A stretch of DNA of 64,000 nt from a virus. Shown in pieces: positions 44,254 through 53,925 of the stretch. A model generated the notes under the pieces. It was not told the origin of the DNA. It did no database searches and saw only the letters and a program-made list of their open reading frames with translations. Position 1 is the stretch's first letter. Every line of letters begins with the position of its first letter. The stretch lies in IMG/VR virus record IMGVR_UViG_3300038410_000026, positions 31,393 through 95,392 of that record; one strand, given 5' to 3'. Made by a program: the position numbers and the translations under genes.

Positions 44254-46986
44254 ATGGCGAACGAAGATCAAAACCTTCTTCTGCGCTACGGTCAAGCGCA
44301 GCAGGCGCAACAGCCGCAAGCAGGCCCATTCTCTCCCTATCTCAGTATCGATGCCCCAATTCAGGCATATCTGAATCCCCGCGCTCCGCAGACGAAAATG
44401 GGCGAGCGGGAGTTTTCCGGCTGGGAGTCCGGAGCCGGAATTGCGGCTGGCGTGGCCTCGAAGATTCTGTCCGGTGCTCAGACGGCGCGGATGAACAGAT
44501 TCATCAAACAGGAAGAACAGCGCCGCAATTCGATGGCGATGTATGAGAACTATGTCCGCTCCATCATGTCCGATCCGAATTATACTCAGGAAGCCAAAGA
44601 CAAGATTCGCGCCGATTTCGAAAAGACGCTGGCCGCTCAAGTCTACCAGGATTTGGACAAGATCGAGGAATTTCCGGGACAGGAAGGAAAAGGCAAGGGA
44701 AAAGGCAAGGGGAAAGGCGGAGGCAACCCGGTTGTCAACTTTATCAAGCAGATGGCAGTCAATATGACTGGTGGTGAACTGCCACACAAAGGTCCTATCG
44801 ATTTTAGATCTAAGGTGGGCGAGTATCAGAACATTCTCTACGATCCATCGGCCAACGTCAATGTAGCTGTCCAGCAGATGCAGCAGCAGTTGAATCAGAA
44901 GATCGAAGAGTATAGACGTGCGAATAATGGCATGGAGCCAGACCAGCCAACCGTGCAGCAGTTTGCCCGCGACATCGGCTACGCCAATATGTCTCGCGTG
45001 GGACGGGAAGGGGTCGGCATCTTCTACGCCGGAGCGGGCGTCGGGTATGATCCCAGGTTGCTGATGGCCGAAGAAGCCCATCGTCAGTATAGGGAAAGAG
45101 GCGAATCCGGAGCAGCCCCGCCCGCCCCTTCGGTTGCCCCCTCTGGATCTCCGACCGTGCCTACTGAAACTGGGCCTGCCCCGATAGAGGCGATGTACGG
45201 CAGGCAGATCCCCGCTAACAGACCGCTGGAGACTCCCGGCGTAAGAACCGCTCCGCCGCCGCAGGTTCCGGCTGCCGCGATGCCGGTGCCAGGAACCGTT
45301 CCGGCTGCTACGCCTGTACCCGCCGCCACAATTCCTCCGGCAATTCGCCCGGAGACTGCGGAAGAGGCTCAAAAAAAAAGTACCCGCAAGCCTTCTCCTT
45401 TTCCGGTAACTTCTGATCAACAAGGCAAAATCAGGGAGATGGTGGCGCAAGCCGCCACCAAGTACGGCCTCGATCCAAACGAGATGAAGGCTCTCGCCAG
45501 CGTCGAGAGCAATTTCCAGAACGTCTACGGCTCTGAGATCAAAGGCAAGCCGTACCGGGCCTTTGGACCCATGCAGTTAATCCCGGAAACAGCCGAGAAA
45601 ATGGGCGTAAACCGCATGGATATTGGTCAAAATATCGATGGCGGGGTACGTTACTTCAAGGAAATTCAGGACAAATTCAGCAGTCCGGAGTATCAAGACT
45701 CCGATCTGGTAAGGCAGTACGGAACCAAAGCCTTGTCTTATATGGCCTACTATGCCGGTCCCGAGAAGGTGGAGAAGATGATCCAAGACAACATCACCCC
45801 TCCGCCTTCCTACGTCGATTACGCTCAAAAGATCATGGATCGATCCGGAAGCCCTGTTCTTCTGGCTATGGCGGGCCAGACCGCTCCGCAGGCCGAAGCT
45901 GGGGAAGTGGCCTCAGACATTTACGCTGGCCCCAGAATTGGGCGGCAGGTCCAATATTACGAGGACACGAACAGGGATCGTCTTGAAAGGATTATCAAGC
46001 TTTCCAGAGCAGAGTGGGGAAAAGCCTACGGCATGGCCGTGAGCGATCCGGTCGAATTGCGCTCTCCGAGCACCAAGGAGAGAGCCTATGCTGTCAGGGT
46101 TTCGGGCGCTGCCAATCCCAAAGACAACGGCTGGTGGGATGTCAACACCGGACAGCAGATCAAGTTTCCCACGGACTGGCTGCCATCTACTCGCACTGCC
46201 GGATATATCACCAACCCGCATTGGGCCGTGGACCCGAAGAATCCGGATCGGGAGATTCATTACGGAATAGACGCTACGACTGGAACTGAAGTTATACTTC
46301 GTGATGAATCCGGAAACCCAGTCACCCGCATGAGGAATACTCCGCTCTCTACGGGCGTGATGTTTGTTCGCCGTAAAGATCACCCAGGTAAGCCGATCCC
46401 GGTCCCGAGGGGGCTAATTCATTATGATGAAAATCAAATGAGTTGGGTGATTACCAGAACCGGAGAGTCGGTGGACGTGACCACTCCCCAGGAAAACCGG
46501 GCTATAGAGACGCTTCTGGCCGGTCTTAACAAAGACTACAACAAGTCAATAGAGAAAGCCGAAAAGTGGAAAGCGGATCAACTTTCCAGATTGAAAGCGA
46601 GGGAACTGGCAGGACTGAAATCGGAAATATCCTCCGCCATGGGGCGAGCAAGCGGCGGAAAAATAAAACCGATGGGCATCTCCGACAAAACGGAAGAGAT
46701 CGAAGCCTGGATTGAACGGACCAAAGACCAGATGATAGCTCAAGCGCAGAAGTCGTGGCGGGATTCAGCGGCCAGCCACATGGTTAATGCGGGGTGGTAC
46801 AGCAATATGAAAGAAGCTCAAGATATGGCGGTCGGCATGGACCCATTTGAGGAGCATACTGACATGATTCGGAAATCCATGCCTCCCGATCCGGAAACCA
46901 AACCGTGGGGCAAGCCATACGAAACCATCGGAAAACCTAGTTCGGAAAAGTATGTTCCTCCCGAAAACCTGAAGCCGTGGGGGTGA
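44254..46986 (+). CDS. Internal virion protein with a lytic transglycosylase (SLT) domain
   Basis: AATKYGLDP...ALASVESNF, GPMQLIPETA, NIDGGVRY, AYYAG. Confidence 0.85.
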   Translation: MANEDQNLLLRYGQAQQAQQPQAGPFSPYLSIDAPIQAYLNPRAPQTKMGEREFSGWESGAGIAAGVASKILSGAQTARMNRFIKQEEQRRNSMAMYENYVRSIMSDPNYTQEAKDKIRADFEKTLAAQVYQDLDKIEEFPGQEGKGKGKGKGKGGGNPVVNFIKQMAVNMTGGELPHKGPIDFRSKVGEYQNILYDPSANVNVAVQQMQQQLNQKIEEYRRANNGMEPDQPTVQQFARDIGYANMSRVGREGVGIFYAGAGVGYDPRLLMAEEAHRQYRERGESGAAPPAPSVAPSGSPTVPTETGPAPIEAMYGRQIPANRPLETPGVRTAPPPQVPAAAMPVPGTVPAATPVPAATIPPAIRPETAEEAQKKSTRKPSPFPVTSDQQGKIREMVAQAATKYGLDPNEMKALASVESNFQNVYGSEIKGKPYRAFGPMQLIPETAEKMGVNRMDIGQNIDGGVRYFKEIQDKFSSPEYQDSDLVRQYGTKALSYMAYYAGPEKVEKMIQDNITPPPSYVDYAQKIMDRSGSPVLLAMAGQTAPQAEAGEVASDIYAGPRIGRQVQYYEDTNRDRLERIIKLSRAEWGKAYGMAVSDPVELRSPSTKERAYAVRVSGAANPKDNGWWDVNTGQQIKFPTDWLPSTRTAGYITNPHWAVDPKNPDREIHYGIDATTGTEVILRDESGNPVTRMRNTPLSTGVMFVRRKDHPGKPIPVPRGLIHYDENQMSWVITRTGESVDVTTPQENRAIETLLAGLNKDYNKSIEKAEKWKADQLSRLKARELAGLKSEISSAMGRASGGKIKPMGISDKTEEIEAWIERTKDQMIAQAQKSWRDSAASHMVNAGWYSNMKEAQDMAVGMDPFEEHTDMIRKSMPPDPETKPWGKPYETIGKPSSEKYVPPENLKPWG

Positions 46987-46990
46987 TTGA

Positions 46991-49900
46991 GTGTCCAGCC
47001 CAGGCACCTATCTGTTTGGCAGAAAACCCGAGAAGGAGGAAAAGCCGAAGCCCGACCCCTTGGTCGAGGAGGCCACCCGGAAACCGCGCCTGTCGGATAC
47101 AGGAGGCTATCTTTTTTCTCGACAGGGAAGGGGTCCCGTCACGGCTCCAGAGCGGGCCGCACGGGAGCAGGCTCCGCGCAAAACCGCCGATGCGAGCAAG
47201 TACCTGTTTTCGGACTTGGGTGCTAAAGAGAAGCCAAAAGTTGAGGCAACTACCGCAATCGCTCCAGTCGCAAGGGGAGATAGAGCGTGGTATTCCTATC
47301 TGACCACCCCGTCCTGGAAGATTGTCAGGCCGGAATCATCCAGTCTGGCGGATGTGTATGAATCCGGCATTCGAAACGTGCGAGCCGTATTGCCGAGCAG
47401 CCTGACCACGGGCACTCCGGGATGGATGGAGCGGTTCACCGAGGAATTCCTGAAGCTGGGTCCGGAGATTGCCGATTTCGTCGCATCTCCGGCTGGCTTG
47501 GGATTGCTCGCCATGCACTTTATTCCGTTCCCTCCGACCCAAATGGCAGCCCTAGGAGCCGATGTGGCCTTGGGTCTGAAATCGGCCATCGAATTCGTTC
47601 CGGAGACCGCGCAGGCTTATAAAACCGGCAAACCGGAAGATGCCGCCACGGCAATTAAGAGCTTGGTGTCCGCGTTCGGAATGCGGAGCGCGGGGAAGCT
47701 GGTTGCCAAATCCATGCACAAGGGCGGAGCACCGCTGCGGATGACTCAGGAGCAGGCGCTGGCCAGAATCCAGGAATTGTCCGAAATGCCGCTCAAGGAG
47801 AGAACGGATGCCTTCATCGGCATGGGCATTCCGCGCACCAGGATGGAGACCGCTCTCCGCTGGATTCAGACGAAAGCCGGGTTGGGGGCTTTCTCCCGTG
47901 TGGTATTCGATCTTCCCAAGCCGAGACTGCTTGAGTATGGTCAGCATTTAGTGGATGCCAGGGACGCTTTCATCAACGTGAACGATGCCCAAACCGCCAT
48001 GCTGACGAACACCATCCGCAAATTTGCCACGCCGGAGGAAAGGGTCATCGAGCGAATGGGTTACGCGATGCAGAAAAGCATCACTCCGGAGGAGGCCAGA
48101 CTGTCGGAATCCGCCAAGCAAGCCATCGAAATCAACCGCAAGGAGCAGGCCGAATTTGACAAACAGATACGGGAGGTTTACGGCGAACACGTCGGATTAC
48201 AGGACCCGGAAAGGTATCTGGCTCAGGTTTGGGATCTGTCACGGGAAGGGATGAAAAAGATCCGGGCTGTTTCGCGCAACATCGTGCGGGATAAATTCTT
48301 GCGCGAGAAACTGATCGATGACTACAAGTACGGCAAGGAGGAGGCGGGCCTCACACCGCGCTTCAACGACGTAGCCGACATCATCGAGTACCGCCGCCAG
48401 TACGCCACCCGCGCCATGGCGAACAGGATGTTTGCCGATGCGCTTAAAAAGATGGGGGCCATGGTCGATGAGCGGCAGATGCACCAGCTTCGGCTGTACT
48501 CCTACGTCCAGGCCGTCAATACGCCTGCTCTCCAAAAAGCCACCTACATCGGAAAGACCCCCAAGGGCGAACGGACGCTGATGATGCGGAATCAGTACAT
48601 TCATCCGGATATCGCTCCGGCCATAAATGCCATTTTTGGAGAGCCTTGGGGAAAAACGATTCCCGGCACTGAGTACCGAAGCCTGTTTGGAGCAGTGGAA
48701 TTGCTGCGAGCCTTCCAGAAGCAGCAGGCTGTGATGTGGTCTTTCTTCCATAACATCGCCTTGGGAGAGGTCTCGCAGGGTGTCTACGCTTCGCTCGCCA
48801 CGCGCAACCCGAAGTACATCGGGAAATGGTTCACCTCGATGTTCTTCCTGAACCCGGACTTCTATAAAGGGATCAAATCGGGAATCTACGAGACAGTGGG
48901 GCACAAGTACGGAATGAAGCGCCCTTCCGATCCTCCCTATCTGACGCGGAAACGGGAAGAGATCCTCGATCCGCTGCAACACAACATGAGCTTAAGGACC
49001 GCTGAACAGGAAACCACCGTGGTCCGCACGCTCCGGCACGCTTTTGATCGCAGCGACTCCAGGCTGGCACGGGCAGCCGGGATTCCTTTCCGTACCATTG
49101 GCAACGTGGCCTACATTTTTAATCGGGCTCTCTGGGATTACTATCTGCCAGGATCGATGCTCGATTCCTACTGGTCGATTTTGAGGCAAGAACTGGCGAA
49201 AAACATCGACCGCAGCCCCGCCGAAATTTCGCAATTGAAACGTACTATTGCGGATCACCTCAATCGCATCTATGGTGCCGAGAATCTGGAGCGGTTACTG
49301 CTGCACCCCAAAGCCAGACAGGCGATGGCGTTCCTGTTCTTCGCTCCGATCTGGACGCTTTCAAATATCCGCAACGTTACGGCTGGCTATCAGAATGAAG
49401 CCGGGGCTAGGCTGACCAACCGCTGGATTGCAGGCGCGGCCTTTTCCTGGTTTCTGACTTCACAGCTTGCCAACTACGCCCGTAGCAAGCAGTTCGATAT
49501 GCCGGATAGGGAAGGAAAAACGGGCGGTCACTGGATGTGGGATAACCCCGGCGCTCCCTTATATTTCAACGGCAAATATTATGAGGGCCTGACTGACAAT
49601 GCGGTCAACATTGCCGATGGATACAACCTGGACGGATCGGAACGTTATATCCGCTTCGGGAAAGCTTTCCGCGAACCATTCATGTGGATGCTGGAGCCAC
49701 TCAAGACTCTCGGAACAAAACTATCCATTCCGATCCAGCTAGCCATGACTACCATTACCGGACACGAGCCCGGAACTGGATTCAAAGTGATCGAAAAAGA
49801 AGCTGACCCGGCTACCCAGAGAAAACAATTCGCTGGAATGATCCTTGAATCTTTCATGCCCTTCGGGATGCAGGATGTGTACCGTAAAGGGATGCGGGCC

Positions 49901-50266
49901 ATCGCTCCCGAGACGATTCCCGAATCGAACCTTCGGCAACAATATCTCGAATTGTTCGGCACTCCGGTAATGCCGAGCGGTTTGACCGTGCGTAAAGGGC
50001 TCAGCTACACAACGGCGGTGCAATCCTACAAGGAAGCGATCCTCGAAGGACGGGAAGACAAAATGCGGGAAGTCATTGATGCCGTGGTATTTAACTACAT
50101 TAGGCACAGGGATAAAGCCGGGAATTACGACGTGGACAGGATCGTTTCGAACGTGGTGCGAGAGGCCCACAAGCAACTCCGGAAGCAGGAAGAGATAAAG
50201 TACGGGCATCCCTTCCGTTACGACGATTACGGACAACCCATCGAGCCGGGAGAAAGCGAGAGGTAA
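46991..50266 (+). CDS. Large internal virion/ejection protein
   Basis: 1091 aa, helical; N-terminal YLF repeats; synteny. Confidence 0.7.
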   Translation: MSSPGTYLFGRKPEKEEKPKPDPLVEEATRKPRLSDTGGYLFSRQGRGPVTAPERAAREQAPRKTADASKYLFSDLGAKEKPKVEATTAIAPVARGDRAWYSYLTTPSWKIVRPESSSLADVYESGIRNVRAVLPSSLTTGTPGWMERFTEEFLKLGPEIADFVASPAGLGLLAMHFIPFPPTQMAALGADVALGLKSAIEFVPETAQAYKTGKPEDAATAIKSLVSAFGMRSAGKLVAKSMHKGGAPLRMTQEQALARIQELSEMPLKERTDAFIGMGIPRTRMETALRWIQTKAGLGAFSRVVFDLPKPRLLEYGQHLVDARDAFINVNDAQTAMLTNTIRKFATPEERVIERMGYAMQKSITPEEARLSESAKQAIEINRKEQAEFDKQIREVYGEHVGLQDPERYLAQVWDLSREGMKKIRAVSRNIVRDKFLREKLIDDYKYGKEEAGLTPRFNDVADIIEYRRQYATRAMANRMFADALKKMGAMVDERQMHQLRLYSYVQAVNTPALQKATYIGKTPKGERTLMMRNQYIHPDIAPAINAIFGEPWGKTIPGTEYRSLFGAVELLRAFQKQQAVMWSFFHNIALGEVSQGVYASLATRNPKYIGKWFTSMFFLNPDFYKGIKSGIYETVGHKYGMKRPSDPPYLTRKREEILDPLQHNMSLRTAEQETTVVRTLRHAFDRSDSRLARAAGIPFRTIGNVAYIFNRALWDYYLPGSMLDSYWSILRQELAKNIDRSPAEISQLKRTIADHLNRIYGAENLERLLLHPKARQAMAFLFFAPIWTLSNIRNVTAGYQNEAGARLTNRWIAGAAFSWFLTSQLANYARSKQFDMPDREGKTGGHWMWDNPGAPLYFNGKYYEGLTDNAVNIADGYNLDGSERYIRFGKAFREPFMWMLEPLKTLGTKLSIPIQLAMTTITGHEPGTGFKVIEKEADPATQRKQFAGMILESFMPFGMQDVYRKGMRAIAPETIPESNLRQQYLELFGTPVMPSGLTVRKGLSYTTAVQSYKEAILEGREDKMREVIDAVVFNYIRHRDKAGNYDVDRIVSNVVREAHKQLRKQEEIKYGHPFRYDDYGQPIEPGESER

Positions 50267-50269
50267 AAC

Positions 50270-53200
50270 ATGGCGGATCAGCAAGCAATCCAGGTAGGCA
50301 GTTGGGAGGATCTGGCAGAAGGATATTGGAACAGACTTAGCGACAAGAAAAAAACCGATCCCTCGCTTGACGCCGCTCGCCGGTTCTTCCGTGAAAACTA
50401 TATCGATGAGGAAGGGAAACTCAAAAAGACGGCCAGCCAGGAAGAATTTGCCAGGACGATGCACGATAAGTTTCCCGAGACCTTTCCATATGAAGAGAAA
50501 GATGAAAAAGGGAATCTCGTATGGCGGCTAGACCCTAACCTTGTCAAGCAAACCGTTGAGCAGGGACCGGCTGGTCCACAGGCAGCAAAGGCAGAAAAGG
50601 CAGCAGAGGGGCCGCCCCTTCTTCGGGAAGCCTGGGAATGGACCAAGGGAAAGTTGTTTACCCCGTTCCCCAAGCAGGTTACCGGAATTTCTATCGGAGA
50701 GAGGATGGGCGAACTCAGGGAGAAAGGGTACAAAGGCTTAGAAGAATTCCAAAAGGCTTACAAGAAAAAGTACGGAAAGGAAGCTCCATCGTCCATCGAG
50801 TTGGCCAAATGGATCATGAATCTTACTCCTGGATGGGGAGTCGGGCCACAGGCCGCCGAAGAACAAATTGACATTTACACCACGCCAGCTAACATTTTGG
50901 CAATGATCCCTCCGGTGGGAGCGGCTAGGGCTTTGGCTGCGCTTCCAAAACTGGCGAGGATCGCTCCTTGGGCGATACGAGGAATAAACCTAACTACTCT
51001 GGCAGGCATCGGAGAGCAGGGGCTTAAGGATCTTGACGATGTTCTATCCAATCCCACCCAAGAGAAACTTGGTCGCCTTAGCAAAGACGTTCTCCCTATC
51101 GCTTTGATGATCTTAAGCAGGATGTGGAGTCGCCGCCTGCCAACCGCGAGAACCCAACCCCAGGAAGGTCGGCCTCCGGCTGCTGCCGGTGAGCCCGGTG
51201 CTCCTGGTGGTCCGGGTGGCCCCGGAGCAGCACCCGCGCCTACTCCCATTCGTCCGACTCCAGAAGGACCGGCTCCCCAGGCAGAGCCCATTGCGGCCAT
51301 GCCGCGCCCGTCTCCCGAAGCCGCCGCGCCTGCGGAATCTCCACAAATAGGCAAGGCCAGACAAAATGTAGCTATTGCCAGGACGGCGGTAGAGAGGCAG
51401 GCCAACGATATTCGGGCCGTAGAAGATCAGATCCAGAAGCGCGAAAGCGATCTGCTTACGGCCACCGCCGATGAAGCAACCAAAATCAACCGGGAATTGG
51501 ATGGATCAAAGGGTAAAAAAGGGCAGGTTACCAAAGAGGGCTTACGCCAAAAACGAGATCGCCTCCAGCGGCGGCTTGATGAGTTGAAGGGCAACCTTGG
51601 AAATGCCGAAGCCACTCTGACCGGCATCCAACATGCGGAAGGCTTCGGTCGCCAGCCGACCATGACGGAACAGATGGGAGCCGTAGCCGCCGCTGCCGAG
51701 CCTGCCGCTCCTGAAGCAGCGCCGCCCACCGGGCCTACGGTAATTCATTCTGGCGGAGCCGGAGCGCCGCCTCGCGCCGAAGGTCCACAGGTCGCCGCTG
51801 CTGGCGCAGCGCCTCCCGGCAAAGCGACGGTGACGCTAGAGCAGGAAGCTCCTTCTTTAATCGTACAGATGAAGGATCTTCTGGCCGAAATGGAGCGACG
51901 GGCAGCGGAGCAAAAAACGCCTACCGCCGCTGCTCCTCGGGCTGCTGAAAGACCTCCCGTTGAAGCTCCTAGGCCAGCAGCCGGAGCGCCCGAAACGGCG
52001 AAGCCCGCTGCTGCTCCAACTCGAAGAGGTGGCAGGAAGGCTGCAAAACCACCTGCTGCCCCTCCTCCGGCTGCTGCTCCTCCGGCTGCTGGAAAGCCCC
52101 TCGTGGCTGCTCCTGTTCCTGTTCAGCCTCCTCCGGCTGCTCCTCCTGCCGCTGCGGCTGCGGCTATTCCAGAGGCCAAGCAAACCGAGATCCGGAATGC
52201 CACCGGAGCATCTCCCTCCCAGCTTCAAGATTTTATGGGCATGAGGCCCGAACAGCTTCGGGAAGCATGGTATAACAACCGGCAACTAAACCGGCCAAAC
52301 ATCATGCAGGCCATCGAAATGGTGGCCGATGCTAGGGGCATACCCGTAAAAGGTAAAGCCCAAGCGGGCGCGGAAGCGCCTGGGGCCACTCCGGCTGCTG
52401 CCGCTCCGGCTGCGGCCCCAGAGCCAACCTACGCGGAGGCCATGAAGCCTATCGTGGAACGGGCCAGAAAAGCCATAACCGATCCGCAGCAAGCCGAAAG
52501 ATTCGTCAATACACTGTTTCGGATGAAGCCGGAGGATCTCACCAAGCAGTTCCAGAGCATCAATCCGGATAAGGCCATCGACCCGATTTATAGGGCGGTC
52601 TTTGCGGCACGGGGAATCCAGATTCCGCGTGGTTTGAGAGGAGGCAGGAGAGAGCAAGTTGCCGCTGCCCGCCAAGCCCAAGCACCCCTTCCGCCAGAAA
52701 AAGAGCAGGCTGCGGCTGCTGAGGAACCGGCTCCCGATCTGCCGCCCCGCTTACGCCCGGAAAGCCCCGAAGCCATGGCTGAAGTCGGATTGCCTGAGCG
52801 CTTGGCCTATGCCGATCCGCTCGCGCCAGGACAGGCGGATTTCAGGCCGCGCATCGATCTCTACGAGTCCCTGTTGAAACACAACTTTGAAGATCTGGAG
52901 AAGATGCAGGGAGAAGCCCAGGGTAATCTAAAGAACGCCATCGGGAAGGTCATGGCCGTCAAGCGGGAGGCTCAGAAGATCGTCGATTCGAGCCAATTTT
53001 CTGATGCTGGCTTGATCGAGAAATGGATGGATTGGCCGCTGACCCGGCTTCGAGATCTATTTAATAAATCCCTCGCCAAAGCGGCGGAGAAGAAACAGTC
53101 TCCCGCCGATGTGCCTGCCATCAAAGCTCTCGATAGCATCATCGGCCTGAGAGAGAAAACCATTGCCCGAGAGAGGGCTAAAGCTGGCGCGGCGGCACCC

Positions 53201-53896
53201 GCCCCTATCCCCCCGCCAGAAGCCCTGGCTGGAGCGGCAGCGGAAGCCGAAAAGCCGCCCAAGCCGAGAGTCAAAACGCCTCGCGCCAGAGCGGAGAAGC
53301 GGCAGCAGGCCAAGCGCAAGCAACCGGCCACCTATCGCACTTTGGGCGAGGAGGCCAGAAGAAGGGAAGAGGCGAACCGGGAGCAACTGGCAGCGCTGAA
53401 GCCTCCCTCGCAGGCCCAAACGCAGCGCGTTACCACCAAGGAGCCGCCCGCTGATTGGAAGTTCACCGGCAGCTACCGCAACGAGGCTGACATCTTCGAG
53501 GGCACCGGACCCGATGGCAGGCCCCGTGATTTCGCCTACGTTAAAGGCCGGTTCCCCGAAGATCCGCCCATCGAGATCAGCGCCGATAAAGAGCTTGGCC
53601 CGAACATTCAAGAGGTGATCGACGCCACCATGCGCAGGGCCATACAGCGATCCGAGGCAGAGCGGGCAAAAGAAGCTGGAATCGATTATGGCAGGATCAA
53701 AGCAGAAGAAAAGCCAACTCCAGCCGTGGAGATCAAAGCTTCCGAGGCTCCGCCTGCGGTCAGAGCGCCCGAACCCGCTCTGGAGCCGCAGCCTGAAACA
53801 GTCGAAAAGCCTCCGGCTGAAGCCGAGCGAACTCTTCAGGGACGACCGGGCGGGCGAGGGAAGCGCAGAGCAAGGAAGACCGTCCCAAAAAAGTAG
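50270..53896 (+). CDS. Large Pro/Ala-rich internal virion protein (0-frame product)
   Basis: 1208 aa; GAGGT SD; ends A_AAA_AAG_TAG. Confidence 0.8.
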   Translation: MADQQAIQVGSWEDLAEGYWNRLSDKKKTDPSLDAARRFFRENYIDEEGKLKKTASQEEFARTMHDKFPETFPYEEKDEKGNLVWRLDPNLVKQTVEQGPAGPQAAKAEKAAEGPPLLREAWEWTKGKLFTPFPKQVTGISIGERMGELREKGYKGLEEFQKAYKKKYGKEAPSSIELAKWIMNLTPGWGVGPQAAEEQIDIYTTPANILAMIPPVGAARALAALPKLARIAPWAIRGINLTTLAGIGEQGLKDLDDVLSNPTQEKLGRLSKDVLPIALMILSRMWSRRLPTARTQPQEGRPPAAAGEPGAPGGPGGPGAAPAPTPIRPTPEGPAPQAEPIAAMPRPSPEAAAPAESPQIGKARQNVAIARTAVERQANDIRAVEDQIQKRESDLLTATADEATKINRELDGSKGKKGQVTKEGLRQKRDRLQRRLDELKGNLGNAEATLTGIQHAEGFGRQPTMTEQMGAVAAAAEPAAPEAAPPTGPTVIHSGGAGAPPRAEGPQVAAAGAAPPGKATVTLEQEAPSLIVQMKDLLAEMERRAAEQKTPTAAAPRAAERPPVEAPRPAAGAPETAKPAAAPTRRGGRKAAKPPAAPPPAAAPPAAGKPLVAAPVPVQPPPAAPPAAAAAAIPEAKQTEIRNATGASPSQLQDFMGMRPEQLREAWYNNRQLNRPNIMQAIEMVADARGIPVKGKAQAGAEAPGATPAAAAPAAAPEPTYAEAMKPIVERARKAITDPQQAERFVNTLFRMKPEDLTKQFQSINPDKAIDPIYRAVFAARGIQIPRGLRGGRREQVAAARQAQAPLPPEKEQAAAAEEPAPDLPPRLRPESPEAMAEVGLPERLAYADPLAPGQADFRPRIDLYESLLKHNFEDLEKMQGEAQGNLKNAIGKVMAVKREAQKIVDSSQFSDAGLIEKWMDWPLTRLRDLFNKSLAKAAEKKQSPADVPAIKALDSIIGLREKTIARERAKAGAAAPAPIPPPEALAGAAAEAEKPPKPRVKTPRARAEKRQQAKRKQPATYRTLGEEARRREEANREQLAALKPPSQAQTQRVTTKEPPADWKFTGSYRNEADIFEGTGPDGRPRDFAYVKGRFPEDPPIEISADKELGPNIQEVIDATMRRAIQRSEAERAKEAGIDYGRIKAEEKPTPAVEIKASEAPPAVRAPEPALEPQPETVEKPPAEAERTLQGRPGGRGKRRARKTVPKK

Positions 53897-53925
53897 GGGA
53901 GCCAGAGACGGCGACTCCGGTTCCC
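53872..53925 (+). other. Candidate programmed -1 ribosomal frameshift signal
   Basis: AAGGA (53872-76), slippery A_AAA_AAG (53887-93), stop, hairpin GGGAGCC/GGTTCCC (53897-53925). Confidence 0.65.

Noticed and set aside
44122-45450. Long antisense ORFs (442 aa here; also 38392-39582, 20175-20966, 48239-48982)
   Set aside because: Shadow ORFs opposite well-supported GC-rich genes, with no motifs or SD
52050-52170. CCTCCGGCTGCTGCT-type tandem repeats as a separate element
   Set aside because: They simply encode a Pro/Ala linker
53894-53896. Amber read-through or stop-codon reassignment
   Set aside because: Reading through the TAG stays in frame 0, hits TGA about 140 nt later and does not join the kinase ORF; other genes end normally at TAG
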